Assembly: GCF_006345805.1 (NCBI RefSeq)
Contig: NC_042997.1
Location: 94,364,001-94,428,000, forward strand
Length of the DNA stretch: 64,000 nucleotides
Direction: 5' to 3'
Source of the DNA: Octopus sinensis
Taxonomy: Eukaryota
Positions 1 to 13,985 of this stretch are shown piece after piece. A program made the translations under genes and the position numbers. The first letter of the stretch is position 1; each line of letters opens with the position of its first letter. Under the pieces are notes generated by a model that was given only the letters and a program-made list of their open reading frames with translations, was not told the DNA's origin and did no database searches.

Positions 1-1949
1 ATACAAGCTGGAAATGAAGATGAGATGCTATGCAAATATAAAAAATAATTCTTAGAATTCCTGGAAATAAAAGCGGCTCAATCTTACTAATCTGAAGCAA
101 AATCACAGGATCAAAGCAAACATCATTATGTTTAAAAATTTGCCCATAAAAATGCATTCAAATGAAAACAACTAAAGTCTTAGAAGCGGCATGAGCAAAT
201 AAATGCTATAATTCAGATGGTCAAGAAGGACATTGCACATTCAAGCATAATAACATCTAAAGGGGAATATACGTGGAAGAAAACGTAATGAAGAAATACA
301 AGAAAAATCATAGAAGTGACATAAAATTTGTAAAATCAGGAATGATATGGATTATCTGAATAACTAACGAAATATATATTTCAGATGAATTGCTCTGTAA
401 AAAAGGTGAATATAATTTATCATTGAATTAATCATCTGATACTGATGCATCTTGACTACCAAAGTGTATAGGATATACATGGACTAGAGCGTAGTTTACT
501 GAATCGAAACCATTGCCTTACAATTACGTATTCTGAATGATGAACGTACAAATCAAGCGCTATATGTAATATAAGTTATTTGAATCTATCCTCTACAATT
601 TATGTCAATTTTCTGCCCTCTCTCCCCTTAATAGTCTATCATATCTTTCAAAATACATCGTTCAAAGTCTCTACCACAGTATCAAACCGAATTTACTGAA
701 ACTACATCATCATGAATTAGGTTACAGGGCATCAGATATTCAATAGATACGTGCATTCAAATATGAACATTCAGCTTAAATTTATTGTGACATTAAAAGA
801 AAACTAGAATATAGAGTATCACATAACGAAGTTTTTGATGATGGGAATATAACATCAAAGGTAAATCAAGCGATGACCATTGTATTTTTTTCTTTTCAGC
901 AATAGTCTACTCTAGAATGCATTGTCAAGTGTAACACGTAAAGCATAATTTAAGGAAAACTCGGTTTCCATTTCCTGTAGGAAGATCGGCTGCATAGAGG
1001 TAGCTCTTTGAACAAAGTAATTAAGACTGACAGACGAAGTTTATGTCTTTCATATCATGGAAATAAACAAGAAAATGATACTTTTACAATTTTACAATGA
1101 TGCTGATACAATTTTAAAACAAAATATTACCTTACAACGATTGGTGATAGTGAAATATAAGAACATCAATTCTGAAGGAAGAGAAGCTAAAATATATTTT
1201 GAATTGAAAATACCTTGTTTAAACTTGTTCTAGCTGTTTACCTTTAGGTTAAGTCTCATGCTTATCCGTTTAAAAAAAAAAAAAATTATTTCAGTTGTGA
1301 CAATTCTATCTTTTGAGGCGAATTGTGTGCAATACAATTGCTAAAGTATCATATAATTTTAAAGGTGGTAGAAGACGCTAAGTAGGTGATTTGACTAATA
1401 TTTTTCGGGCTGAATCACTTACCTTAAAATCTAATACATGTAAGTTTGCTTAACAGGAAGTCAAACAACCATTTTGCGTATCCCTCGGTTGCCGGTCAAA
1501 CCCACTGATATTACTGATGCTTAGATCCGCTTCTTTTTTTAGCTGACCTAAGATGAAAGGTTTTCGTATCCGATTATTCTGTGGGTTCTGATACATTATC
1601 TTATACTAAATTATTCAATATATGCACGTCTATTTTAAGAACTAAGGACTGGGTTCCAGAAATAATAGATTAAGCTACCAGTTTTTGTAAGCAGAGGAAA
1701 TCTGCCAAAAGAAGGTGGCTGGGCGATCTTCACGATAAACGTGGTTGATAACAGGATCCGCCCTACACGTGTCAACAGCTAGTCAACAAACCTCCACAAG
1801 TCAGCAATGTCCAGACACTAGACGAGTGCATGCAGAACAGTTTCATCACACTGGGCAGATCGACAGCAAACTTTTTCGTGAATTTCGTAAGACGCGATAT
1901 AAACAACAGGAAAATTACAATCTGTTCAATATTCAATATTGTTCTGTTA

Positions 1950-2078
1950 CCTAGGTCGACTTTGCCTTTCATCCTTTCGGGGTCGATAGATTAAGTACCA
2001 GCTGCGTACTGAGGCTCGATCTAATCAACTGGCCCCTTCCACCAAAATTCCGGGCCTTGTACCTAGAGGAGAAAAGAA
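1950..2078 (+). mobile_element. Partial tRNA-derived SINE (family A), 3' half
   Basis: ggtcgactttgcctttcatcctttcggggtcgat...aagtaccag...ggccttgtacc matches the body of fuller copies at 5088-5305, 20325-20698 and 52675-53260. Confidence 0.85.
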
Positions 2079-2821
2079 TATAGCTGTGTTACTTTAGTAA
2101 TATAATCGATTTTCTATTTTTGCAAATGTGCAGAAATATTGAAACCTAACCGAAATTATAAAGGAGTTATTTAACAACTACTTGCAACAAGTACCATGTT
2201 TACCAGCATACAAAGCGACATCGTAGAGAGTGTAATCATGTGATAAAAACATTCATTCAAACATTGTCACTATCTGTCCAAATCCTGCCGCATTCCACAT
2301 GGAATTTTTGGTGCTCCAAAGTTTTCATGGTGCATATGTTGACCTACCATTATAAGCTGTAAATGTTGGACTGAAAAGTGTTGACTTGCATGTCACAAAA
2401 TACTGTATGTTCATATCTTCTTGCATCTAAATTTTAAGTCATCAAACTGTTTTGAAGTTTATATTAATTTTAAGGAAAATTATAAACAAGCTTGCATTTC
2501 GTCGGTAATGCCCTTGAGAAAAGAGAGACCGCTACCACAAGTCTTTTCATGGTGATCTAAAATTTATTTTCTTTACTATTACATATATAATTACGTAATG
2601 AGAAATTACGATCCCCGGCTGTCATGTAGGATTAATTTGCTGTAGAAATATAACCTACTCCGGGTATAAAATCTAATATTTTGCCGGTATGATTGAGAGA
2701 CATTTGCATATCAAAATCTATTAATGATATTAAACCTGATGCATCACCTGTCCATTATTTTATGGAAATGAAAGAAAGAAAAACACACAACAAACTTTGA
2801 AATAAATTTTCTTAACCATAA

Positions 2822-2942
2822 TATGTGTGTGTGTGTTTGTGTGCGTGCGTATATGGCTATGTATGTATGTATATATGTATGTATGAATGTATGTATGTAT
2901 GTATGTATATATATAAATGTATATGTATATATGTATATATAT

Positions 2943-2975
<33 letters not shown>

Positions 2976-3014
2976 GCATGCATTTATGTATGTATAAATC
3001 TATAGATGTACATG

Positions 3015-3076
<62 letters not shown>

Positions 3077-3165
3077 AATGTATGTATGTATGTATGTATA
3101 TATATGCATGTATGTATGTATGTATATATATATATATGTATATATATTTATATATGCATGTATTT
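2822..3165. repeat. Compound microsatellite (TG)/(TATG)/(TA)
   Basis: Visible simple repeats; source of the spurious YI/CV-rich ORFs. Confidence 0.95.
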
Positions 3166-5087
3166 ATTTTCTCCAGAGTAAAAGGCGATGCTAGCCTGAG
3201 TGTGCATTTAGCAAGAATACTGATAATTTTAATGTTTGAAGATTGTATCATTAATCTTCTCAGGCGTTTTGTAAAGTATGCAACATCATATAGGGCAAAG
3301 TTATCACAATCGTGTCAATAACCCTGTTTAGATAATATTTAGATAGCATTGGAATCGAACAAAATGCAAATAAACATAAAAACCTGTTTTTCTAGACATC
3401 ACTCTTTCTCTATTACTTCGTTAATGACAAGCTGAATGCAGAAGTAATTTACTGTATACAGAAGCAATTTACATGATGAATAAATGCATATGAATAATAG
3501 GATCTGATAAATCACTGATAAATGAAAATGTCACAATTTATTGATAGTTACTTCGAGTGAACTGTTTAGTTAACCGTTATGTTTTTCCTTTATAATTTAT
3601 TTAGCCTAATGTGCTGCTGGGAAACAAAATGAAAGTTAAAAAAGCATTAAAAACTAATTAATAAGTAATATTGTTGAACTAACGCTATTTCTTGTTTAGC
3701 TACTGCATTAAAAAGAATATGATATATATATATATATATATATATACTCATAAGTTATTATGTGCAATTTCAAGTAGCTGCTAAAATATCTTGTATTGGA
3801 GTATCTCTCTCTTTCTCTATTTCTCTATCTATATATCTGTACATCTATCTATGTATCTAGCTGCCTGTTAGTGAATCTCTCTCCCTCTGTGTTTATGTAT
3901 GTGTGTGTTTGCGTGTGTGTTTGATTATACGTGTATATGTTAGAGTACATGTGTGGGGTGTTTGATGCTATTTGTGTATTAGAATTCAAACAAAAGTATA
4001 TACAATGTGGGACGTGCATTGTACAAACGGTGTTACACAGCGCATTAAATACTTCTGAAACAGAGTCCAGCCTCAATCACAGATCCGAGTGGAGCAATTA
4101 GAAAATTTCGTCTTAAGATAAAGAGTCAGGCGTACAAACGTTTTATTTTTCTCTCCCTAGGCCAAAACAATAAATGCATTTTACGTTTTTTCTTCAGCAA
4201 CAGGAATTAATCTAATAATTTTTGCTATCCACGAATGCAGAGTAGTGTTAATAGCTAGGCTTTAATCGTTGCATAAGAAAAAGAATTCCACCTCTTAGAA
4301 TATACAACGTTAACGACATTTGTTTGTTCAAGATCGTATCTATACCTAAAATAATTAGGAAATAGTTTACAAGCACAGAATTAGCGGTTTGTTTTATATC
4401 ACAAAATTGAATCTCTCCTTTACTTCCTAACCTATTAATCTATTTATGTATCTATCTACCTGTCTGTATATGTCATATACATTTTTAGAAAAAAAAATTT
4501 AAATTAAACAAAATCTATATCAACAATAATAAGTAATCTTCAAAGTGCTTCTTGCGCGTCATTAAAAGAAAATTTTAAGTAAACCGTGAAGTTAGACCAA
4601 GACAACGGTGTCCTTCTCTGCTTGTTTCACACTGTGTCGGATAATAAAATGCTAATAATAATTTTACAAATGTTATCAAAACTACAATAGTATAATACTA
4701 GAGTGCAATAGTAGTGTTGTTTTGCTCCAGCAAAAGATAATAAAAATATTTCACACAATAGGATGTATATTTATATCACACCGAAGGAGTAAAGTCTTGC
4801 GTTTTCGTTAGTAATGCGGGATAAAGAATTTGGGATTATTGAGAGAGAGAAGAGTGGAAATGACAAAGAAAGGCGCTTTCGATATTCGTACAGACAGACA
4901 AACAGACAATGGTAAAAACATGTATATACATATACACATACAGACATATGTATATATACATACATAAATACATATTCACACAGAGGCACGTACAAACAAA
5001 GGCGCTTGCATAATTCTCTCCACTCTGACGATGGATCTTTTCTGAAATGTTAGTCTAATCTAGTTTAAAGTTTAAGCATGTTAATGT

Positions 5088-5305
5088 TGGCTTCAAATTT
5101 TGGCACAAGTCCAGCAATTTCGGAGGAGGGAGTAAGTCGATTACATCTACCCGAGCGTTCGACTGGTATTTATTTTATCGACGCCGAAAGGGATAAAAGG
5201 CAAAATCGACCTCGGCAGTATTTGAACTCAGAACGGAATGTCGGACGAGATGACGCTAACCATCTTACCCGGTTTGCTAACGATTTTACCAGCTCGCCGC
5301 CTTAA
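5088..5305 (-). mobile_element. tRNA-derived SINE (family A)
   Basis: Minus strand begins taaggcggcgagctggtaaaatcgttagcaaaccgg (A-box-like), has gttctgagttcaaat (B-box-like), then the family body and tail. Confidence 0.9.
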
Positions 5306-5683
5306 AACATTTTAATATTAGATTGTGTTGAATATCTTCAAATATGATGTGACATATTACTTCATAGTTTTAATCCTATGTTCAGCTCTATAACTGCTTA
5401 TGCGTTTGTGTAAGATATGTATCAATATACTATAACAGGCACATGCTTCCTTAGCCTTAAACCTGACAATACTAATCTATATTTTTGAGGTGAAGAATTA
5501 TGTATATTATTTACAATGGATGGATAGGTGTCCTCGCCTTGTTTGTCCAGCCTTCATCAGGTGTTCTGGTGGAATTTCGAACCTGACCATTTATTTGATG
5601 AATGGAGTACTCTGTTCTCATTGCTTAAGTATTTTCTTTTTGATGATGTTATTTTTTCTGCTGATTTTTCCCCAAATCCCTAC

Positions 5684-5756
5684 GGACATATAGTGTAGTG
5701 GATAAGATTGTGGGCTAGTAACCCTTGGGATCTGAGTTCAATCCCAGACAGGAACC
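5684..5756 (+). other. tRNA-derived SINE head (Thr-AGT-like), not a functional tRNA
   Basis: A box tagtgtagtgg, B box gagttcaatcc, loop ctagtaa; acceptor stem degenerate. Confidence 0.65.
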
Positions 5757-5876
5757 TGGGAAATAATATCGACCGAAAAAAGATAATATCAGCAAAAAAA
5801 AAAAAGAATACCTTATGAATGAGAACAGAGTACCACATTAGTCAAATAAAGGGTTCGGTTCGAAATATTTCCAGAA

Positions 5877-5918
5877 CACCTGGTGAAAGCTGGAGAGTAC
5901 ATCAGCTGAAACATTGTG
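5877..5918 (+). ncRNA. Degenerate minimal type I hammerhead ribozyme
   Basis: cac-CTGGTGA-a-agctg/cagct stem II-GAA-ACAT-T-gtg; the inverted arm keeps the intact CTGATGA (5554-5560, minus). Confidence 0.6.
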
Positions 5919-7060
5919 GTAACAATAAACAAGGTGAGAACACCTATTCCTCCATTGTAAATAATATACTTGAACCTGACTGTAGTTACTATGTAAAGTC
6001 AATGTCCTGAGTTGCAAAGAGATCAGAAGCAAAAATAATAAGCAATAAATAATTTAGAACTATATTTGCGGATATTTTACTTGAAATTCAAACATCCCTA
6101 TAGCATTTGAACGAATCAGCAAGACGAAATTGGTTTACTGATTCACATTAACATTAAAAATGAATGCGTAAATTTTAAACTAATCAGAGAAGATTTTAAT
6201 TTAAAATGGTGTTAGTGAAATACAAAACAAAACAAAAAGACAATGAAATATTTACACTACGTTTAGTACAAGTATTTAGATGAATTGTTATAAGTTCAAA
6301 GGAAATTATCTAATTATTCTTTGTGAATAACGAATATATATATGACAATAAATAACTAAGATAATTACAGAGTTCACAAGGACAATTCGCTTTTTCTTCA
6401 AAAGTAACGAAACGATTGATTAAGAAACTAATTGCTTTGTGATTAAACGCATTATAAGAGTCATCTGCAAATAATTATCTTTGTACTAAGAGTATCGAGA
6501 CAACTGATCGGATGTAAGTTAAGCATCGGTAAGAAATGGTTAATTAGACAGTTAAAATTGCATAAGAAAGGAAGCGTTGTTGTAATCATATTTAATACTA
6601 GATCAGAAATTATAAAAGGTAGGTACAATCAGTATGGCTGCCTTCACTAAAGAGAATATAATGAAAGGGTTACTTGGCTGAAGACAAATCATTTTAGGTA
6701 GAGATAGACACAAATAGAGATGTGTGAATTGATTTGATGCTTCATTTGCATATGGTACTGAATTACTTACGGAGCACAGAGTCACAAACGAGCAAGACAA
6801 TACGTTTTGTATGCACACACGCACACACAGACGTACACACACGCACGCACGAATAATATATATATATATATGTACAAACGCATATATACATATAGTTGGT
6901 TATATACACATACACGCATGCTTGTATTAGGTGTATACAGCTATTATGACTTGGTGAAACAAATAGGAAAAATAGACTTCAAAACATGAGTATATATATA
7001 TACGCTTTTAATTTTTAATCAGTGGGAGTTGCAGAGTAACTCCTAGCACTTGAGTCAACA

Positions 7061-7099
<39 letters not shown>

Positions 7100-7829
7100 T
7101 ATATATATAATGTTCATTTTTTGTGAATGATTTCAGTGTATAAGAAAAAAAGTAAGAGTCTTTTACAGTGTTCTGTTTCAGAATAAGATATTTAGTAAAA
7201 GCGTGTAATATACAGCTTTTTGTGGAAAAGTTCAATGTCAGATTTCAGTGTAGAATAAAAAAAGTAAGGGTTTACCGGTTGCGCATTTGTTATGCTTATC
7301 AAAAGATATTTTGAGTGAGATAGTTCCTTTCTGATTGATTTTTTTCTCTTATCTGACTTTATGTATGTATGTGTGTGCGCGCGCGCGCGCGCGTGTGTGT
7401 GTGTTTAAATGTATGTTGGGGCGCGCGCGCGTGTATATATGTGTGCGTGTGTGGGTACAATTTTCAATATTTATAGTTCTGCTGGCCTTGTGCCTGTATC
7501 GGGAAGCAACGTGTTTGTGTGAAGTCAATATTTACAGTCACTTCCAAAAAATAGTGTTGGATGTTTTGCACCCGTATATTATTATGTGTATGTGTGGAAC
7601 CATATGTTTGAGTGTGTCATGGTGTTAATATCTGGGTAAAAGTGTGTGTAGGGTGTGTGCAGGTGTAAGTGTGTTTGTTGTGGGTTCGTGTTAGGGGGAT
7701 GTGTTTAGAAGTGGCCTGTATTTATTAATAAGGTGGGATTCCATGGTTATTCGCTGGGTATGAGTGTTTTTTGTTTAAAAAAAGAACTTTCACCTAATTA
7801 AATACACTCTCCCTTACTTAAATTATAAT

Positions 7830-8467
<638 letters not shown>

Positions 8468-9632
8468 TATACAAAAAAGGGTGAAATATAATTAATTTAA
8501 TAATATTAATTAATTTCACCTAGTAGTTTTATCGGTATGGAAAAGACCATATTTGATTATATTCGATTATACCGATAAAACTACTAGGTAAATTTATTAA
8601 TTTTATTAAATTAATTATATTTCACCCTTTTTGTATATTGTACTCTATTACTCCCATACAATAAATCTGCGAAACTTCGTTTCGTTGATAATGTTTTTTT
8701 AACTCACTTAGTAATTTTGGAGGGAGATACGATTTCGCATGTTTATATAAATGTAGAGATAATGGTAGACCATTATATCGTTCGGTGTCGCCTGATCGAG
8801 CCGGTGTAGTGGGTGAGTTTTTTTTCCCCTAGCATTTCTAGATTTATAGGAAATATTATATTGACAAGGAAATGAACCCCTGGTTCTAATTCAGAAACGA
8901 ATTTCATCTATAATTAATCCAAATAGGCTGTGATTTCGTTATTTTATTTCTCTTTACCATATACGGGTTGCAAATTCTGGTTGTTTGTGGAGACTTTTTT
9001 ACTAGTAGGAGAAATGGTGACCTATTTGGCTGCCATTTCTAATATTTTCGGTATGTGGTTTTGAGCAACTTGTTGCAATTAACCCTTTATTATAATTAAT
9101 ATAATCCTTACCAAATATGATCTTTTCCATACCGATAAAACTACTAGGTGAAATTTATTAATTTTATTAAATTAATTATATTTCACCTTTTTGTATATTG
9201 TACGCTATTACTCCCGTACAATAAATCTGCGAAACTTCGTTTCGTTGATAATGTTTTTGCAACTCACGTGGTAATTTTGGAGGGAGATACGATTTCGCAT
9301 GTCTATATAAATGTAGAGATGCTGGTAGACCATTATATCGTTCGGTGTCGCCTGATCGAGCCGGTGTAGTGGGTGAGTTTTTTTTTCCCCTAGCATTTCT
9401 AGATTTATAGGAAATATTATATAACCAAGGAAATGAATCTCTGGTTCTAATCCAGAAACGAATTTTGTCTATAATTAATCCAAATAGGCTGTGATTTCGT
9501 TATTTTCTTTCTCTTTACAATATACGGGTTGCAAATTCTTGTTGTTTGTGGAGACTCTTTTACTAGTAGGAGAAATGGTGACCTATTTGGCTGCCATTTC
9601 TAATATTTTCGGTATGTGGTTTTGAGCAACTT
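8468..9632. repeat. 560-bp tandem duplication preceded by an inverted terminal fragment (PLE-like architecture)
   Basis: accgataaaactactagg starts at 8571 and 9131; 8468-8555 is the reverse complement of about 9113-9197; (TA)n on both flanks. Confidence 0.85.
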
Positions 9633-9638
9633 ATATAT

Positions 9639-9676
<38 letters not shown>

Positions 9677-9746
9677 TTATATATATATATGTATATATAA
9701 ATAAATAAATATATATATATATATATCAATATATATCTATCTATCC

Positions 9747-9832
<86 letters not shown>

Positions 9833-9842
9833 ATATATATAA
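9633..9842. repeat. (CA)n/(TA)n/(TATC)n microsatellite
   Basis: Visible. Confidence 0.95.
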
Positions 9843-9844
9843 TT

Positions 9845-10590
9845 TTAGAGCGGCGTACATACACTTTGGTAAGTATACGTTTTTCTAAATCTTGTACGAC
9901 TCTATTTCTGTCTGTCTATCAGCCATTTCACGCTTATTCATTCATTCCACTCTTCGGTCTTTCATTCCCCCCTCTCACATTTCTTTGCCTTCTCTTCTTG
10001 CTCACTTTTCCTCCACTTTTCACTTCACTGAGTCCCTGTCATTTTTTCTCGCCTCTCCTTAATTCTTTTGTCCCTATACTTTTACTTCTTTCTCTTCTCT
10101 TCCCACGTGACCGGCGTTCGGCCAAGCCTGTTCTTTCTTTCTTTCTTGGTCTGGCCCTTTTCGTGCAACATCGATATCCCTCCTTGTGTTTGTGAAATCT
10201 TGAATCTCTGCGTAAGGGTTCATTTCCACACACGCCAGATTCATTTCCACACACGAAAGACATCTGTTGTTATGTCCTGTTATTATTTTTATTGTATTTG
10301 TATTTGTGTAACATTGCCCATTTTTTCCGTCCTCATTTTTGTATCCATTCGCTGCTTTCTTCCAAGGAATCTAATGCTCTTAGCCTAGTTTTTCCTTGGG
10401 GCTGGCCAGATTGGAGCAATCAGCCAAAATGGCGAGGATAATCTGGTGCTTGACTTAGGAAAGAAAACTTCGAATGAACCGTCCTTTGTATTGTAGATGT
10501 GGATGTTTTGTTGTCCCATTTTTGTATCACTTAGCTGTCCGGATGTTTCGCGTTCCTGTCCTATTTTGTACGTGCACTTTGGTCTCTCTC
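9845..10590 (+). mobile_element. Non-coding dispersed repeat family X (PLE/retrozyme-like), copy with terminal direct repeat
   Basis: Homologous to 47560-48135 (ttcttccaag(g)aatctaatgc..ttagc..tagtttttccttggggctggcca) and 48700-49075; start cgtacatacactttgg recurs as tgtacgtgcactttgg at the end. Confidence 0.7.
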
Positions 10591-10605
10591 TTTCTCTCTC
10601 TGTAT

Positions 10606-10637
<32 letters not shown>

Positions 10638-11040
10638 GGCCGCAGGAATGGTTGTGTAGTAAGAAGCTTGCTTCCCAGTCACATGGTTCTGGGGTTTGTC
10701 CCATTACGTTGCACCTTGGGCAAGTGTCTTCTACTATAGTTTCGGACCAACCAAAGCCTTGTGACTGGATTTGGTGAAGGTAACTGAAAGAAGCCAGTCC
10801 TATATATATGGATATGTGTGTGTGTGTAAGTGTTTGTATGTCTATATTTGTCCCCACATCCATCATCGCTTGACAACCAATGGTGGTGTTTACGTAGCCG
10901 TACCTTAGCCGTACCGTAAAAGAGACCGATAAAATAAGTACTAGGCTTACAAAGAATAAGTTCTGGGGTCGATTTGTTCGACTAAAGACGGTACTCCAGC
11001 GTGGCTGCAGTCAAATGATTGAAGCAAGTAAAAGGATAAA
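10638..11040 (+). mobile_element. tRNA-derived SINE family B (CORE-like central domain, internal microsatellite)
   Basis: gtgtagtaagaagcttgcttccc...gcaccttgggcaagtgtcttctactatag...; tail aagagaccgata..aagtactagg...gcagtcaaatgattgaagcaagtaaaag. Confidence 0.9.
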
Positions 11041-11041
11041 A

Positions 11042-11100
<59 letters not shown>

Positions 11101-11269
11101 CAGGAATGTTGCAAAACAAGTTTTTAAATGTGTGTATATATGTATATACATACATACAGACACATATCTGTATATATAATTGTATATGCTTACAGATACG
11201 TATATATACGTGCATACACATATACATATACATACATTCGCACTCATACACGCATACATAGAAGCATAT

Positions 11270-12060
11270 AAAGAGTCAAAAAGTAGAATGTCACGAATCT
11301 TTGAGAAATAAGTTTTCGTATTTTATGTCTCTTTTGTGAGAGAACTTTCGATTTCAAATATGTATAGAATAAGCTTTTTCAAGTAATGGGACTCAGTACT
11401 TCCGGTTTAGTTCCGAATTTAGAATTCTTAATAAGAAGTTTTCTTTTAATTCTTGTAGACGATCATTTATTTCATTTATTTTGTAGAGAGGAAGTATATA
11501 AAAATTTGCAGAAATGTCTAGATATTTACAGCATGAAATATTTCTAAGCGATGAAGCTATAATTTGTGTTTGTGCATATTTACATAGTTTTGATAGTTTT
11601 GCTCCTGTTTCTCCGATGTAATTCTCGTTGCATTCTTGTTTTACAGTTCGTATTTGCATTCACTTTCAGTGCCTGCCCATTCTCGAATTTTTTGATTGTT
11701 CAGGTGTTCCTTGTTCAAATATTCACGCTTTCCACGAGTGTCTCCAAAGTTCGTTCCCTGAATAATTTGTTCCTCTGATATGAATCTCGTTCTTATTAGA
11801 AGTATTTAGAGAATTGCTGATTGTTTTGGACTGTTGATGAACTTTGAATATTTGTCGGAGATTTGATCGATGATTGATGTAGAATTGGGTTATATCGTTT
11901 GGCCGAAAGTAGGATATTGTGGTTTCTTGAATTATTTAGTGATTGAAAATGGAATATTTATATTTGTGATTTTGTTTCCACGTTCTGTGTGAGTATTTAT
12001 CCGTATGCCGGATACTGGGATTTCTCTTGCTTTTATTATTGTATGAGTTACTATATATAT
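11270..12060 (-). mobile_element. Penelope-like element 3' fragment (GIY-YIG endonuclease region), decayed
   Basis: ORF 11393-11659 has CNENYIGETG...ENFLLRILNSELNRKY; upstream frames give FISEEQIIQ.T.FGDTRGK (decayed Cys-rich linker). Confidence 0.75.
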
Positions 12061-13985
12061 TCGTATGATCAATCTTATCAAAGGCCTTTTCAAAATCGAG
12101 ATATATCACACCCAATTTTGAGCGATTCATTAGTTACTTGAACACTCAATCATAATGTTACAGAAGCTATGTAGGACAGCTTCTTCGTGAGAGGAGGCCA
12201 TACTGGGTGTCTTGGTGCAGGTCATTATCTTCTAGGAACGTAATCAGTTTCTTCCTGACAATGCGTTCTATGGCTTTAGTGACATGTAAAGTTAGAGAGA
12301 TTGGCCTATAATTTTTAGAATCTCCTTTATGGATGGGACATATTATGCATTCCCTAAACTTTCTGGGAAGTTTACTATTTATAAGGAAGTTTAGGAAGAA
12401 TATCTATAGTGGTCTTGCTAACTTTGCACTTCTTCAGTATGATTGCTGCAAAACTATCAGCACCTGTGGTTGAGTTTAAGGTCATTTCATCAATGGCTGA
12501 TATTACGTTGGTTTCCTGTATTTTGATGGGAACAATAATTGCCATCTCTTTGTGTAGAGCTGTAGTGCCGAAGAACTCATCAGACATAGCCATTTGCAAG
12601 TTTCCCAACGGAGTTGTGAAAACACTTTTGTATTGCACATTCAATAGTTCACCTATCCTCTGGCGATCCGAAGTCAGTGAGCCATTTTCTTCGAACAATG
12701 CCTCTATCTTGTACCGTAAAGAAGTAAACTTTTTACAAATCTATAGATGGTTTTAGGCTTTGTCTTTACATTTTCTACGGCCCTGGCCTCTTTCCCTGCT
12801 TTCTTTACGTGGGAAGGTTGGAGTTCACTTTCAATCTCAAGTAATGCTTCTTTGAGATAGGATTCTACGATATATTTCAGTGGCCCATTTAGACGGTTTA
12901 AGATCTTTGCTCGTCGTCTCATTAGGAGCTTCGTAGCCATGGGGATTATGTTTTCTGTCGGTTTGAAATTCTTTCTAGACCAATCTTACTGCATACGTTT
13001 TGCATGATTGTCATAAAATGCTGTACCTTTATGTCAGTATCTTGCGTAGAAACAGACTGGTAAACCACTTTTATTCTATGACATCTACCACAATATCCTT
13101 CCAATAAGATTTATGAAAGTTCAATGTTGAAAAGAGTTGGGTGGTTCTAGTAGACTACATATCTGGAGTTCTCAGCGGATTATACATTGTTAAACGTATT
13201 AAGTTAGGATCTGAGAAAATAGTCAGTGCCACCAAAACATTATGGATGAGCACCGTATTATTTGTGAAACATAAGTCCAGAACAATTTTACCTCCTGTTG
13301 AGCGGGGCACTATTTGCAAGTTTGTGAAGTCGAGCAGAGATTCTACTTGCCCTGGTCATACAGTACCATAGTTGAGATAAGGCCATTTGAAAATATTGAC
13401 GCTGAAGTCTCTTAGAAGTATGTCAAGGCTGTCGTCATCTTTTTGAGGCTCTCTTCGAATGAGTCACATTGATAGGCGATATGTAGTAGATATAACCATT
13501 TTGATATGCTTAATGTGTACTACTAGAGTGTCAGAAACTGAATTTCAGTATGCCAGCAAGACTACAAGCATGACTTCTTCTCTGATGTACATCTATAAAT
13601 TCACCATGAGTTCTTTCTCGTCTGTTAGTTCGAAATACAGCATACTTTGGTATGAGTATTCAGCACCTGACATGTCAGCATTCAGATATGATTCTGTTAA
13701 TGCCATGTATATTGCTTGACTGCACGTAACTAAAACTTTTAGCTATGGATTTGTGCGCTGATGGAACGTTACAAGGCTAGTCCCTGACATTCAGCATGAA
13801 TACTAATGTGACGTGTAGGGTTTCGGTAGTGGCTTACAATCCTTTGTGTTATTTTCTAAAAAGGCCCGTTGTCCATCAGCTGCTGTCTACCTTGCGTCTC
13901 CATATTATTTCCTCTTACGAGCAGTACGTGCACTATCCACATATTTCTAAAGTAAAGTCATCGTCTCTTGTGACCTGGTCTTGAG
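12061..13985 (-). mobile_element. Decayed CR1/L2-type LINE ORF2 (APE region, linker, RT up to domain 3)
   Basis: VIYLDFEKAFDKIDH (RT domain 3); AIDEMTLNSTTGADSFAAIILKKC (pre-RT); ELLNVQYKSVFT; many stops and frameshifts. Confidence 0.8.

Larger units (their letters stand above)
5502..5959 (+). mobile_element. Non-autonomous element: tRNA-like head plus PLE-type hammerhead tail, with an inverted copy of the tail on the 5' side
   Basis: Arms 5502-5675 and 5757-5959 are reverse complements (e.g. tccattgtaaataatatac; gaatgagaacagagtac) flanking a 73-nt tRNA-like segment. Confidence 0.7.

Noticed and set aside
1423-1547. Minus-strand segment with a good acceptor (ctttcatcttag) and donor (AG|GTAAGT)
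   Set aside because: Stops in all three frames; could be a non-coding exon but there is no support
1756-1886. Open plus-strand frame DPPYTCQQLVNKPPQ... ending at a gtaaga donor-like site
   Set aside because: Acceptor has no pyrimidine tract and I recognise no homology
2744-3321. ORFs rich in YI/CV/HT here and at 7.9-8.5, 14.1-14.6, 16.4-17.0, 25.1-25.6, 41.2, 48.0 and 62.1-63.2 kb
   Set aside because: Translations of TA/TG/TATG/TATC microsatellites, which lack stops in some frames
5684-5756. Functional tRNA-Thr gene
   Set aside because: Acceptor and anticodon stems are mispaired; it is embedded in a repeat
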